Assembly: GCA_022837635.1 (NCBI GenBank)
Contig: JALHFY010000001.1
Span: forward strand, 234,202-298,201
Direction: 5' to 3'
Origin: Candidatus Shapirobacteria bacterium
GTDB taxonomy: Bacteria > Patescibacteriota > Microgenomatia > UBA12405
DNA: 64,000 bases
Both the position numbers and the translations under genes were made by a program. Below are positions 18,617 to 28,676 of this stretch, in pieces; the stretch's first letter is position 1; each line of letters starts with the position of its first letter. The notes under the pieces are model-generated. The model saw only the letters and a program-made list of their open reading frames with translations, did not search any database and had not been told where the DNA came from.

Positions 18617-19714
18617 TTATAACTGATTAAAAAGAGAAATTAAGTTTTGGGCGGAATTTTTCCAAGTAAATTTCGAGGCATTATCAAAACCAACTTTAAT
18701 CAAATGACGACGAGTTTTAGTGTCCAGAATTTTTTCAAAAGCGGAGACTAAAGTAGCTTGTTTATAGGGGTTAATAAGCAGAGCGGTATCTTGGAGGACC
18801 TCTTTGAGGGGAGCAATAGAACTGGCGATAACCGGACATTTTTGGATTTGCGCTTCAATGGCAGGGATACCAAAACCTTCGTAAGTACTGGGTAAAACTA
18901 AAGCCCAGGCTTGTTGGTAGAGGGCATTTTTTTCAACTTCACTGATATAGTCGGTAAAAATAACTTGAGAATTTAATTTGAATTTGTCGACAGTTTTGGC
19001 AATGTCAGCAAAAAGCCAACCTTTTTTACCGGCAATGACCAATTGAGTGTGGGGGTGTTTTTTGAGAAATTGAGCAAAAGCGCTGATTAAAAAGGAATAG
19101 TTCTTGTTGGGTTTGAGGGTACCCACAGCCAGAAAATATTTTTGCTTAATTTTGAATTTAGATAAGGTTGTTTTTTTGTCTTGGGGAGAGACGGCTTTGG
19201 GTAAAGAAATACCATTGTAAATGACAGAAATTTTTTTAGCCGGAATTTGATAAGTTTTAATGAGTTCTTTTTTGGTAAATTGAGACACAGCCACAATGTG
19301 ATGAGCAATTTTGAGAGAAGCCTGAGTCCAATTAGTGAGTTGATAGAGATCTTTTTTAGTAAATTGGTCTTGAAATTTAAGGTAGCCGATATCGTGGATG
19401 GTAGGGACTAATTTAACTGAGGAAAATGAGGGTAAATAGTGGCCCGGAGAGAAAAAGAGATCTAGTTTTTCAGGATTTAAGAGTAAGTGAAAACTGAGAG
19501 CCATTTTGGTCCACAGAGTTGAAGGTTTGAGGATTTTATAATGCCAGTTGGAACTTTCTTTGGGAAAATCGGCGGCGGGAGGATTTTTAAGATAAATATA
19601 ATAGGTATTTTTTTTATCTAAAAGTGAGAGGTTTTGGAGGAGATTGAAAGCATATTGACCACTGCCAACACGATGGGCGACATTGGCTTCATTGCCATCG
19701 ATACCAATAATCAT
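18617..19714 (-). CDS. GT4 glycosyltransferase (MtfB/WbpY-like)
   Basis: MIIGID, TIHDI, VGTLKPNKN, PSTYEGFGIPAIEA. Confidence 0.88.
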   Translation of the reverse strand: MIIGIDGNEANVAHRVGSGQYAFNLLQNLSLLDKKNTYYIYLKNPPAADFPKESSNWHYKILKPSTLWTKMALSFHLLLNPEKLDLFFSPGHYLPSFSSVKLVPTIHDIGYLKFQDQFTKKDLYQLTNWTQASLKIAHHIVAVSQFTKKELIKTYQIPAKKISVIYNGISLPKAVSPQDKKTTLSKFKIKQKYFLAVGTLKPNKNYSFLISAFAQFLKKHPHTQLVIAGKKGWLFADIAKTVDKFKLNSQVIFTDYISEVEKNALYQQAWALVLPSTYEGFGIPAIEAQIQKCPVIASSIAPLKEVLQDTALLINPYKQATLVSAFEKILDTKTRRHLIKVGFDNASKFTWKNSAQNLISLFNQL

Positions 19715-20850
19715 GAGTTAATTTTTTCATAAACAGCTAAGGTTTGGGTAGCAGTTTTGGCCCAGGAAAATTGTTGAGCGTGTTTCAGAGCTTTTTGAGA
19801 AAGGGATTTACGTAAATTGGGGCGGTTGGCTAGTTTTTCAATGGCTTGATAGATGCTGGTGACGGAGGCGGGATTAACCAAAAGTCCTCCTGGACCGGCA
19901 ACTTCAGGTAGGGAGGAAGTGTTACTGGTTAAAACCGGAACACCGACTTGCATGGATTTAACTAAAGGCAGACCGAAGCCTTCATAGAAAGAAGGATAGG
20001 CTAAAAAGAGAGCAGCGGCATGGAGAGGGACCATATCTTTTTCCGGGATATAACCCAGAATTTTGATTTTGGAGTTTTTAAGGTGAAGAATATCTTTACC
20101 CCAGCCATATTTACCACTGATAGCCAACTCTAATTTAGAGTTGGGGAAATGACGACTGAAGCGGTTAAAGGCGGCAATCAGATTTTTAAGATTTTTACGG
20201 GGTTCTCGGGTGCCTTGGGAGAGGATGTAGCGGTCAAGGCCATATTGTTTTTCAATTAGAGAAATCTTTTTCTCTCGGCTTTTTACAGGTAGTTTTTGAA
20301 ATTGAGCGTATTTATTTTCAGCGGCTTCAAAAATGACAGTACATTTTTTTTCCGGAATTTGAGGGAAGATTTTAAGTAAATCTTGTTTGGTATTAGTGGA
20401 GACGCAAATAAAATGATGACATTTTTTGACCGCCCAATACATTTTTTGGGAATGAGTGGAGACAATTTGAGGATGAAGCCAATAGGGATATAAAAAAGGA
20501 GTAAGATCGTGAACAGTGGTTAAAGTTTTGGCTCGCAGGGTGGGTGGTTGAGTCCAATCGGAAGTATGAAAAACATCGCATTTACCGATAAAAAGTTCGA
20601 TGGGTAAAATTCGTAGTTGGTTCCAAGCCAGAGCTAAAAAACTAATCGGTAGACGGAATTTGTAAAGTTTAACGTTGGGGTATCTAGTTAATTTTTCAAT
20701 TTCTGGAGGGATAGGAAGACGGAAAGAAGAGAAAAATAATTTGTAAGAATTAACACGATCTTTTTTAAGCAGATTTTTGATAAGGTTAATAGTGTAGTTA
20801 CTGACACCAGTACCGTAAACTACAGAACACAAGTCAATGCCAATAATCAT
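19711..20850 (-). CDS. GT4 glycosyltransferase (MtfB/WbpY-like)
   Basis: MIIGID, TVHDL, GTREPRKNL, PSFYEGFGLP, SSLPEV. Confidence 0.88.
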   Translation of the reverse strand: MIIGIDLCSVVYGTGVSNYTINLIKNLLKKDRVNSYKLFFSSFRLPIPPEIEKLTRYPNVKLYKFRLPISFLALAWNQLRILPIELFIGKCDVFHTSDWTQPPTLRAKTLTTVHDLTPFLYPYWLHPQIVSTHSQKMYWAVKKCHHFICVSTNTKQDLLKIFPQIPEKKCTVIFEAAENKYAQFQKLPVKSREKKISLIEKQYGLDRYILSQGTREPRKNLKNLIAAFNRFSRHFPNSKLELAISGKYGWGKDILHLKNSKIKILGYIPEKDMVPLHAAALFLAYPSFYEGFGLPLVKSMQVGVPVLTSNTSSLPEVAGPGGLLVNPASVTSIYQAIEKLANRPNLRKSLSQKALKHAQQFSWAKTATQTLAVYEKINS

Positions 20851-21311
20851 AGATGTAGGTCAATTTTATCATCTATTTTAAGTTGTAGTTCTTGGGCGCG
20901 GTGAGCATTAAGTTCAATGACATATTTGGAAGGACGGGAACCGGTATATCTTTTCAATTGAGAATCGGCAGTGTTGCTTTCGGGTTGAGCAGTGAAAATA
21001 TCGGAAATTTGCTGGTTTTGGTCAATAAAAATCATATCTAGAGGGATGAGAGTATCTTTCATCCAAAAACTTTGATGAGCTAAAAAAGGAAAGACGAAAA
21101 GCATGCCACAATTGGGGCATAATTGGTCTCGCTGACTTAAACCTTTAGCTAAAAGATAGGGAGTATCGGCAATTTCTAAGGTGAATTCTTGATTAGCAAT
21201 TGTTTGTTTAATAGTTTTTGGGGCGGTGGGACGGGCGAAATGACGATAGAGATAAGTAGATAAATAAATAAGTAGTAAAAACAGGATAATCAGGAAAAGA
21301 TTTTTTGGCAT
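20847..21311 (-). CDS. DUF192 family protein
   Basis: N-terminal TM; EIADT...KGLS.R, GMLFVF, FWMKDTLIPLDMIF, YVIEL. Confidence 0.85.
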   Translation of the reverse strand: MPKNLFLIILFLLLIYLSTYLYRHFARPTAPKTIKQTIANQEFTLEIADTPYLLAKGLSQRDQLCPNCGMLFVFPFLAHQSFWMKDTLIPLDMIFIDQNQQISDIFTAQPESNTADSQLKRYTGSRPSKYVIELNAHRAQELQLKIDDKIDLHL

Positions 21312-22474
21312 AGTTTCTCCCCTATTTTATTCCAAGTGTAGTGATTTTTGAGATAATTGGATGAGTAGATAAGTAGATCAGTAGAAAGATGTTGAGGCAG
21401 AAAGAGAATTTTTTGAGCCAAATCTTGGGGGTTGTCTTTTTGAAAAATCAAGCCAGCACGGGTGTTTTTAATAATTTCCATGGAGGCGGGAATATTGGCA
21501 GCGATAACCGGTTTACCTCGGGCCAGGGCTTCGATTAAAACTAAACCAAAACTTTCTTGAGTGGAAGGAGAAATGAGAACATCGGAGCGGTCAATTAAAG
21601 TCGACAAATAATGATCAGGAAAACTGGTGATGAGTTTAAGGCGTTTTTTGACAGAGCTAGGGAGGGAATTAATCAGTTTTTGAATTTCAGGAAAATAGAG
21701 AGTTTTTTGACCGGCGAGAGTTAGTTGGTAGTTTTCAGGTAAGCGGCAAAAAGCTTTGATGAGGGTAGAAATGCCTTTGTGAGCGGCAAAAGAACCGATA
21801 AAGAGAAGACGAGTAGATGAGTGTTGAGACAAATTAGTGGAGGGATTTTTTTTGATAAAAGAGCTGTCAACACCATTGCCCAGAAGGAGGAGTTTGGACT
21901 TGGGAATACGGAATTTTTTGTGAAAATAATCAGTTTCATGTTGAGTTAAAGTCCAAATAAAATCGGCTGATTTGAGAGTATTCTTCAGAAGAAGGGTATG
22001 AAAATCAGGATCGTTGGGATGAAAAGAGGCGTTGATTAGTACTTTAGGGCTGTAGTGCTTTAGAGTTTTAGAGAGAAAGCGGATTAGACGGGCGTAAGGA
22101 GTCATGAGAGTGGGGAGAGGCCCGGCGAGAATAAAATCAGGCTTAAAACGGAGACTAGAAACTAGAAACGAGAAACTAGATTTTGGGGAAAAAATAGGGC
22201 CTTTGGCCAAAGTTTTAAGGTTGGAGTAGAATCGGCCTAAGAATTTAAGAGGACGGTGAGTCCAGGTCACTACAGGCAGAGCCAAAACATTTTCTTGAAG
22301 ATGAGTAATTTTTTTATACTTTTTGGTAAAGTCGTCGGTAGAAGAGGCGTCGGTGGTGACAACCATGATCTCATGCCCTTGAGAACGGAGATATTCCCCC
22401 ATCTTAAAAATGACTTTGGAACCACCATCAACAGCCGGAGGGTAAATGTGAGTCAGTAGTAAAAATCTGGCCAT
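21290..22474 (-). CDS. GT4 glycosyltransferase
   Basis: YPPAVDGG, GNGVD, HKG, PSTQESFGLVLIEALARGKPVI. Confidence 0.85.
   Translation of the reverse strand: MARFLLLTHIYPPAVDGGSKVIFKMGEYLRSQGHEIMVVTTDASSTDDFTKKYKKITHLQENVLALPVVTWTHRPLKFLGRFYSNLKTLAKGPIFSPKSSFSFLVSSLRFKPDFILAGPLPTLMTPYARLIRFLSKTLKHYSPKVLINASFHPNDPDFHTLLLKNTLKSADFIWTLTQHETDYFHKKFRIPKSKLLLLGNGVDSSFIKKNPSTNLSQHSSTRLLFIGSFAAHKGISTLIKAFCRLPENYQLTLAGQKTLYFPEIQKLINSLPSSVKKRLKLITSFPDHYLSTLIDRSDVLISPSTQESFGLVLIEALARGKPVIAANIPASMEIIKNTRAGLIFQKDNPQDLAQKILFLPQHLSTDLLIYSSNYLKNHYTWNKIGEKLCQKIFS
21350..21389. repeat. Degenerate 8-bp tandem repeat (TAGATAAG-like, 5 units) inside a GT4 3' end
   Basis: gagataat tggatgag tagataag tagatcag tagaaaga. 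Confidence 0.6.
22149..22180. repeat. Heptamer tandem repeat (TAGAAAC)n inside a GT4 gene
   Basis: cggagac tagaaac tagaaac gagaaac taga. Confidence 0.65.
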
Positions 22475-22507
22475 TTTAGGTATAGTATAGTCAAAGAAAT
22501 AAAAATA

Positions 22508-23422
22508 ATGAAAAAAATCTTAAACTTTAAAATTTTACAGTTTTTATTTTCGGGATTATTGATTTATTGGGCCTTTAGAAAGGTGGATGTGGGGGGATTA
22601 TTGCAGGAAATGTCTCGAGTGGAATGGTGGTGGATAGTGATTTTATTGGGATATACGGCGATATCGGTGTTGATTGGGGGTTGGCGTTGGGCAATTTTAG
22701 TTTTAGGAAAACCAAAACTTAGGCAAATTTTAGATTTTACCAAGGCGGCTTATGCGGGAGCTTTTTTTGCTCTTTTCTTCCCAACGGCTTTGGGTGGGGA
22801 TTTAGTGAAATGGACCACTTTGATTAAAAAATATCCGGAAGTTTCGAAAATGAAATTGGCCAGTTCGACCTTGATAGACAGAATTGTGGGCTTCAGTGCT
22901 TTTATAACGACAGCAATTATATCATTGTTACTAGGTAAAATTTTGAAATATAATTTTCCGACTTATTTAATGTGGTTGTTTTTGGGACTGGGTGGAGTGA
23001 CGATAATTTTTTATGTAATTGTTTTTCGGGTGGATTTTGAAAAATTATTGGCAAAGTATCAGTTTTTGAACAAGATGGTGGAAGTGATGGATATTTTAAA
23101 AAAGAGTCATCAGGATAGAATTTTAAGGTGTTATGGAATATCGCTAGTGGCTCAATTGTTTTGGTTGTGTCAAGTGTGGTTGGTGGGCCGGGCTTTAGGA
23201 GTGATAATGAATTTTATGGATATATTAATTTTTATGCCGGTAATATCGTTAATTTTAACTTTGCCGATTTCTTGGGCCGGTTTTGGAATGAGAGAAAACT
23301 TGTTTGTCTATTTCTTTTCGACGGTGGGTTACCAACCGGAACAAATGCTGTTAGTATCAACTTTCCTGGGAACTTTGGGAGTGTTGAACGCTCTTTTAGG
23401 TGGTCTTTTATTGATATTCTAG
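22508..23422 (+). CDS. Lysylphosphatidylglycerol-synthase TM region / AglD2-like (UPF0104) putative flippase
   Basis: About 8 TM segments; RW..L, PTALGGDLVK, DRIVG and LPISWAGFGMRE motifs. Confidence 0.8.
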   Translation: MKKILNFKILQFLFSGLLIYWAFRKVDVGGLLQEMSRVEWWWIVILLGYTAISVLIGGWRWAILVLGKPKLRQILDFTKAAYAGAFFALFFPTALGGDLVKWTTLIKKYPEVSKMKLASSTLIDRIVGFSAFITTAIISLLLGKILKYNFPTYLMWLFLGLGGVTIIFYVIVFRVDFEKLLAKYQFLNKMVEVMDILKKSHQDRILRCYGISLVAQLFWLCQVWLVGRALGVIMNFMDILIFMPVISLILTLPISWAGFGMRENLFVYFFSTVGYQPEQMLLVSTFLGTLGVLNALLGGLLLIF

Positions 23423-23706
23423 ATTTTAAGATAAAGTGTGGTCTCTAAACCTTGAGCGATTTTTTTCAATAGAGAGATAGAAGGATTGGCATTCATGGAT
23501 TCGAGACGACTGATGACTGCTTGGGTAGTTTGAGATTTTTTGGCCAAATCTCTTTGGGACATTTTTTTACGAAGACGTTTTTCAATAATTTGACGTGCCA
23601 AAAGATACTCAGGTTCGGATTCTTGCCAAGCTTTTTTGAATTTGGGATCTTTTAAAGACTGATTAAGATGTTGTCTAAATGTAGGTAATTTTTTAATATC
23701 AATCAT
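23419..23706 (-). CDS. XRE/HTH_3 antitoxin (HigA-like)
   Basis: LKDPKFKKAW, R..KKMSQRDLAKK..TTQAVISRLES..ANPS; lies directly downstream of a RelE-like toxin. Confidence 0.85.
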   Translation of the reverse strand: MIDIKKLPTFRQHLNQSLKDPKFKKAWQESEPEYLLARQIIEKRLRKKMSQRDLAKKSQTTQAVISRLESMNANPSISLLKKIAQGLETTLYLKI

Positions 23707-23712
23707 ACTTTT

Positions 23713-23741
23713 ATGATATCTTAAAAGATATCACTTGTCAA
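23713..23741 (-). promoter_or_regulatory. Internal sigma70 promoter for the antitoxin, overlapped by a palindromic operator
   Basis: Minus strand TTGACA-N17-TATCAT-N6-ATG; perfect inverted repeat TGATATCTT-aa-AAGATATCA at 23714-23733. Confidence 0.7.
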
Positions 23742-24075
23742 TAATTTGATGATAACGGTTTAAAGCGATTTTAATTTCTTTGGATGGAGTTTTTTGTGAT
23801 TTTTTGAAAAATGCATGCAAAATAATAATGTCATTATCAATGACGGTAGCATAAATAATGCGAATATTATCCTGACCTAAAATACGAATCTCCCAAAGTG
23901 GAGTATTGGTAATCTTACGAATATGAGGCTGAATTGAAGAAAGTCCGTATTCTTCCAGATTCGAAAATATTCTAAAAATTTTAGCTTTTTGTTTGGGATT
24001 GAGAGAATCAATCCAATATCGGGGTGTTTGTTTGAGGGAAAGAGTGGGGCTTTGAAAGTAAATGACTTTATTCAT
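23731..24075 (-). CDS. RelE/ParE-superfamily toxin (HigB/Gp49-like)
   Basis: KAKI...LEEYG...PHIRKI...LWEIR...IRIIY...IIILHAFFKKSQKTP.KEI..A; toxin-first gene order. Confidence 0.85.
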   Translation of the reverse strand: MNKVIYFQSPTLSLKQTPRYWIDSLNPKQKAKIFRIFSNLEEYGLSSIQPHIRKITNTPLWEIRILGQDNIRIIYATVIDNDIIILHAFFKKSQKTPSKEIKIALNRYHQIIDK

Positions 24076-24091
24076 GTAATGATTATTACAT
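24074..24091. promoter_or_regulatory. Palindrome at the toxin start codon; candidate TA operator
   Basis: ATGTAAT-gatt-ATTACAT. Confidence 0.45.
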
Positions 24092-24158
24092 AAAAAAATA
24101 ATGAGAAAGTGCTAAACTCTTAAAGTTATCTATTTACTACTTATCTAATTATCTAAAA

Positions 24159-25127
24159 ATGATTTTAATTGTCGGTGGGGCCGGGTACATCGGCTCACAT
24201 GTAAACAAACTGTTAAATAAAAATGGCTATGAAACAGTCGTTTTTGATAATTTAGAAAAAGGTCACCGGGAAGCGGTCAAATGGGGTACATTGGAAGTTG
24301 GTGATTTAGGTAATATTGAAGAGATTGAAGCAGTTTTTAATAAATATCCAATTGAGGCGGTTTTTGATTTTGCTTCTTATATCGAGGTGGGTGAATCGGT
24401 TAAGGATCCGGAAAAATATTATTTGAACAACGTCAAAAATACTTTGAATTTGTTGTCGGTAATGAGAAAACATAATGTCAATAAAATTATTTTTTCCTCA
24501 ACAGCGGCGGTCTTTGGTATGCCGGAACGGATACCTATTAGCGAGGATGATGCGAAACAACCTATTAATCCCTATGGTAAGACTAAATTAATGGTGGAAA
24601 ATATTTTCAAGGATTATGATGCCGCCTATGGTTTAAGATTTGTGGCTTTCAGATACTTCAATGCTTGCGGAGCGGACAAGGATGGAGAAATCGGTGAATG
24701 GCATGAGCCAGAAAGTCATCTAATTCCCATACTTTTGGAAGTGGCTCAAGGTAAAAGAGAATTTTTTCAATTAAACGGGACGGATTATGCCACCGAGGAT
24801 GGAACCTGCATCAGAGATTATGTCCATGTGGAAGATTTGGCTCAAGCGCATTTATTAGGATTAAAACATCTATTGGATGGCGGTGAGAGTAAATTTTATA
24901 ACCTGGGTTCAGGTAAGGGTTATTCCAACAAACAAGTTATGGAGACGGCCAAAGAAGTCACCGGAGTTGATTTTAAGGTGGTTTATGGTCCTCGACGTGC
25001 AGGTGATCCGGATAAATTATTGGCCAGTTCGGAAAAAATAAAACAAGAATTGGGTTGGGAACCTAAATATACCGACTTAAAAGAAATAATTCAGACTGCT
25101 TGGAATTGGCAGCAGAAGAAAAATTAA
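24159..25127 (+). CDS. galE: UDP-glucose 4-epimerase
   Basis: GGAGYIGSH, VGESVKDPEKYY, FSSTAAVFG, YGKTK (YxxxK), RYFN, DGTCIRDYVHV, RRAGDP. Confidence 0.95.
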   Translation: MILIVGGAGYIGSHVNKLLNKNGYETVVFDNLEKGHREAVKWGTLEVGDLGNIEEIEAVFNKYPIEAVFDFASYIEVGESVKDPEKYYLNNVKNTLNLLSVMRKHNVNKIIFSSTAAVFGMPERIPISEDDAKQPINPYGKTKLMVENIFKDYDAAYGLRFVAFRYFNACGADKDGEIGEWHEPESHLIPILLEVAQGKREFFQLNGTDYATEDGTCIRDYVHVEDLAQAHLLGLKHLLDGGESKFYNLGSGKGYSNKQVMETAKEVTGVDFKVVYGPRRAGDPDKLLASSEKIKQELGWEPKYTDLKEIIQTAWNWQQKKN

Positions 25128-25128
25128 A

Positions 25129-26421
25129 ATGAAAAAAATAACAGTAATCGGTACCGGTTATGTAGGTTTGGTCACCGGGGCTTGTTTGGCCGATATCGGT
25201 CATCAAGTGATTTGTGTTGATATTGATAAGAAAAAGATTGAAAAGTTAAAAAAAGGGATTATCCCGATTTATGAACCGGGATTGGAGGAGATTGTTGATA
25301 AAAATTTTAAGTCGGGTAATTTACAATTTACCACTGACACTAAAAGTGCCGTTGAAGCTTCAGAAGTAATTTTTATTGCCGTGGGTACACCCTCTTTGCC
25401 CGATGGCACGGTCAATTTGGATTATGTGAAGTCGGCGGCTGAGGATATCGCCAAGGCTATGAATGGATACAAGGTGATTGTAGATAAATCAACAGTACCG
25501 GTGGGAACCGGTGATGTGGTGGGAAGGACTATTAGTCAATATTATTCAGGTGACTTTGATGTAGTATCTAACCCAGAATTCTTAAAAGAGGGTGATGCGG
25601 TGAAAGATTTTGTGAATCCGGACAGAATTGTGATTGGCTCCGATAGTAAAAAAGCGGAGGAAATTATGTTGTCTGTTTATGAAAAATTGGGTGGAGAGAG
25701 AGTTTTAACCAGTGTGAAAAACGCTGAGATGATTAAATATGCTTCAAATGCTTATTTGGCCACATCAATTTCTTTTATCAACTCAGTGGCCAATATTTGT
25801 GAAAAGGTGGGGGCTAACGTAGATGAGGTGGCCAGAGGCATGCGAATGGATAAAAGAATTGGACCTTATGCATTTTTGGCGGCAGGAGTGGGTTATGGAG
25901 GTTCTTGTTTTCCGAAAGATGTAAAGGGAATGATTCAGACGGCCAATGAAAACGGAGTCTCTTTTGAAATTTTGGATGCGGTGGAATCGGTCAATGAAGC
26001 GCAGAAAAAATCATTGTTGCCCAAGATTCAAAAATTGTTGGGAGAAGGTTTGTATAATAAAAAAATTGCCATTTGGGGTTTGGCTTTCAAGCCGGAAACT
26101 GATGATGTACGTGAATCCCCTGCTCTAGCCATTATCAAACAATTATATGATCGAGATGTAAAAGTAACTGCTTTTGACCCGATAGCGGCCGAAAATATGA
26201 AAAAAGAAGTTTCAAATTTGGAAACAACAAATGACATGTATGAGGCGATAAAAGATGCCGATTGTTTGGTGATTACTACAGCTTGGAAAATGTTTAAGGA
26301 AGCTGATTTAGATAAAGTAAAATCTTTATTAAAGTCTCCAAACATAGTCGATGGTCGAAATCTGTTTGATTTGAAAAAAATGAAAGAAATGGGTTTTAAT
26401 TACTTGTCGGTGGGACGATAA
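25129..26421 (+). CDS. ugd: UDP-glucose 6-dehydrogenase
   Basis: IGTGYVGL, IAVGTP, KSTVPVG, SNPEFLKEG, GYGGSCFPKD, GLAFKPETDDVRESP. Confidence 0.95.
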   Translation: MKKITVIGTGYVGLVTGACLADIGHQVICVDIDKKKIEKLKKGIIPIYEPGLEEIVDKNFKSGNLQFTTDTKSAVEASEVIFIAVGTPSLPDGTVNLDYVKSAAEDIAKAMNGYKVIVDKSTVPVGTGDVVGRTISQYYSGDFDVVSNPEFLKEGDAVKDFVNPDRIVIGSDSKKAEEIMLSVYEKLGGERVLTSVKNAEMIKYASNAYLATSISFINSVANICEKVGANVDEVARGMRMDKRIGPYAFLAAGVGYGGSCFPKDVKGMIQTANENGVSFEILDAVESVNEAQKKSLLPKIQKLLGEGLYNKKIAIWGLAFKPETDDVRESPALAIIKQLYDRDVKVTAFDPIAAENMKKEVSNLETTNDMYEAIKDADCLVITTAWKMFKEADLDKVKSLLKSPNIVDGRNLFDLKKMKEMGFNYLSVGR

Positions 26422-27344
26422 TTTTTGGCCAGCATCTTTTTTCTATTTTTGAAGACTTCGGAATAGGTGTGGTAGAGATCTCTAGGGATATCTTTGAGAG
26501 GGGTATTTTTAATCAGTCCAGATAAATTGCGGAGACGTTGTTCGATAATAGAAAATAGATTGTCTCTGATTTCTTGTTTGGAGTAATTTTTCCAAATAAT
26601 ATAAAACCAGTTTTTAGCATCCATACGATGACGAAAATTACCCATTTTACGGCTGGTAGCGCCACCCAGGTGATAAGAGATGGCTAGAGGTATATATAAA
26701 GTTTTGTAATCGAGATTATGAAGACGGAGAGCCAGGTCAACATCCTCTTCGTAGGCAAAAAAATCTTCATCAAAGGCACCGACTTGATTAAAGATTTGAC
26801 GATTGTAAGCGGTCAGAGCGGCGTTGGCACCCCAAATTAGATGATTAGATGAGTAGTTTTTTAGAGAAGTAGAGGAAAATTTTTTGCCATTGTTGATGTT
26901 GTCGCATTTACCGGAGTAGTAAAATTTCAAACCTTGGGATTCAAAATGAGTGCCACTGTAATTCAAAACTGTGCCGGTAATGGCAGCTAGTTTTGGATCT
27001 TTATTTTGAGTAATAGTATCTGTTAAATACTTTAACCAGTTTTTATCCATTTTTAGGTCATTGTTACAGACAAGCACCCAGTCGGATTTGGTGGAGGCCA
27101 CTCCCCTATTGACGGCAGCGGCAAAACCATAATTTTTAGTGAGACTGATTAATTGGTGTTTAATTTTATGTTTTTGACAAAAGGTGGTAAAAATTTCCGG
27201 ACTGGTATCGGTTGAGGCATTGTCGACCAAAATAATTTCAATTTTGGTTTTGCTAAAATCAGTGGATTTCTGAAGAGAAGTCAGACAATTGAGTAAATAT
27301 TCTTCACCATTGAGGTTGGGGATAATGACAGAGAGATTAATCAT
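26400..27344 (-). CDS. GT2 glycosyltransferase
   Basis: SVIIPN, VDNASTD, NYGFAAAVNRG, NND, FDEDFFAYEEDVDL. Confidence 0.87.
   Translation of the reverse strand: MINLSVIIPNLNGEEYLLNCLTSLQKSTDFSKTKIEIILVDNASTDTSPEIFTTFCQKHKIKHQLISLTKNYGFAAAVNRGVASTKSDWVLVCNNDLKMDKNWLKYLTDTITQNKDPKLAAITGTVLNYSGTHFESQGLKFYYSGKCDNINNGKKFSSTSLKNYSSNHLIWGANAALTAYNRQIFNQVGAFDEDFFAYEEDVDLALRLHNLDYKTLYIPLAISYHLGGATSRKMGNFRHRMDAKNWFYIIWKNYSKQEIRDNLFSIIEQRLRNLSGLIKNTPLKDIPRDLYHTYSEVFKNRKKMLAKNYRPTDK
26838..26877. repeat. Degenerate 8-bp tandem repeat (5 units) inside a GT2 gene
   Basis: tagatgat tagatgag tagttttt tagagaag tagaggaa. Confidence 0.55.
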
Positions 27345-27393
27345 GACTTATTTAATCATTAAAAGTTAAATTTGTTTAGTGTAAAATTTGGTA

Positions 27394-28101
27394 GTGAAGA
27401 AAATAAAAAAATTATCCATTGTAGTGCCAGTTTATAACGAAGAAAAAACAATTGAAAAATCACTCGAGCGACTATTTAATGTAGATTTTGGCACAATTAA
27501 ATTGGAAGTGATAGTGGTTAATGACGGCTCTAAAGATAAGACATTACAAGTGTTAAATACTTTAAGAAAAAAATATCCTTTTAAGTTAATTAGTTATAAG
27601 AAGAATAGAGGGAAAAGTTATGCTCTGAGACAGGGTTTTACTAAAACGACAGGTGATGTAGTAACGGTGCAAGATGGCGATTTGGAATATGATCCCAGCG
27701 ATTTCAAAAAGATGTTAAAGAAAATGTCTCAAAAAGAAGTGAAGGTGGTCTATGGTTCGCGGAGGTTAAATAAGAATAATAAACAGTACTCAGGTTTGAG
27801 TTTTTATTTGGGAGGTTTGCTATTAACTGAGATGGTGAATGTTTTATATGGAGGCAAAATTACCGATGAGCCGACATGTTACAAAATGTTTGAAGGTGAT
27901 TTATTAAGAAGTATTCCGTTAAAGTCCAATCGATTTGAATTTTGTCCCGAGGTGACAGCTAAGGTTTTAAGGAAAGGGATTCCGATTTATGAAGTACCGA
28001 TTTCTTATCAACCCCGTCATGCGGGTGAGGGTAAAAAAATAAAATTAAGAGATTTTTTTGAAGCTGCCTCAACTTTAATTAAGTATAAATTTGTGGATTA
28101 A
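27394..28101 (+). CDS. GT2, polyprenol-phosphate sugar synthase (DPM1-like)
   Basis: SIVVPVYNE, NDGSKD, NRGK, QDGDLEYDP, YGSR, RFEFCPE, EGKKI. Start set at GTG 27394, 6 nt after a TAAAAT. Confidence 0.85.
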   Translation: MKKIKKLSIVVPVYNEEKTIEKSLERLFNVDFGTIKLEVIVVNDGSKDKTLQVLNTLRKKYPFKLISYKKNRGKSYALRQGFTKTTGDVVTVQDGDLEYDPSDFKKMLKKMSQKEVKVVYGSRRLNKNNKQYSGLSFYLGGLLLTEMVNVLYGGKITDEPTCYKMFEGDLLRSIPLKSNRFEFCPEVTAKVLRKGIPIYEVPISYQPRHAGEGKKIKLRDFFEAASTLIKYKFVD

Positions 28102-28676
28102 TGGACAGTAAAAATTTTAATCTGTTAGACAGATTCATAGCCACTTGCAGGTTATCCAGAGTCAATAAATATATAGAAAAGGGTGATGTGGTTTTAGATT
28201 TTGGTTGTGGGGCGAGATCTTATTTACTTGAGTCCCATCAAGATAAAATTAAAAAAGGAGTGGGTTTGGATTATGATGTGGAAAATCAAAAGTTTAATAA
28301 GATTGAATATTTAACATTTAAATTTAAAGATAGATTAGTTTTTGATAAGGAATATTTTGATAAAATTTTTTTATTGGCAGTCTTGGAACATATAGAACCC
28401 GAGCAAGTAAAAACTTTATTTAGAGAATTTAAAAAAATATTAAAACCGGAAGGTAAAATTGTCTTAACCACCCCCACTCCGAAAAGTAAGTCTGTTTTAG
28501 AGTGGTTAGCTTTTAGATTAAAGTTAATTTCTGAACAAGAAATCAAAGATCACAAAAAATATTATTCTAAAAAAGATATTTTAGAAATAGCCCAAAATTT
28601 AAATTTAAAAGTCACAATTTATAGATTATTTCAATGTGGTTTAAACAGTTATGCGGTTTTGGAAAAAGTTAATTAG
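28101..28676 (+). CDS. Class I SAM-dependent methyltransferase
   Basis: VLDFGCG, AVLEHI, LKPEGKIVLTTP. Confidence 0.85.
   Translation: MDSKNFNLLDRFIATCRLSRVNKYIEKGDVVLDFGCGARSYLLESHQDKIKKGVGLDYDVENQKFNKIEYLTFKFKDRLVFDKEYFDKIFLLAVLEHIEPEQVKTLFREFKKILKPEGKIVLTTPTPKSKSVLEWLAFRLKLISEQEIKDHKKYYSKKDILEIAQNLNLKVTIYRLFQCGLNSYAVLEKVN

Noticed and set aside
21249-21389. Short repeats as a CRISPR array
   Set aside because: Units are 7-8 bp in tandem with no spacers, lie inside genes, and no cas genes are present.
23419-24075. Prophage or IS element around the TA pair
   Set aside because: No integrase, transposase, terminal repeats or phage structural genes are visible.
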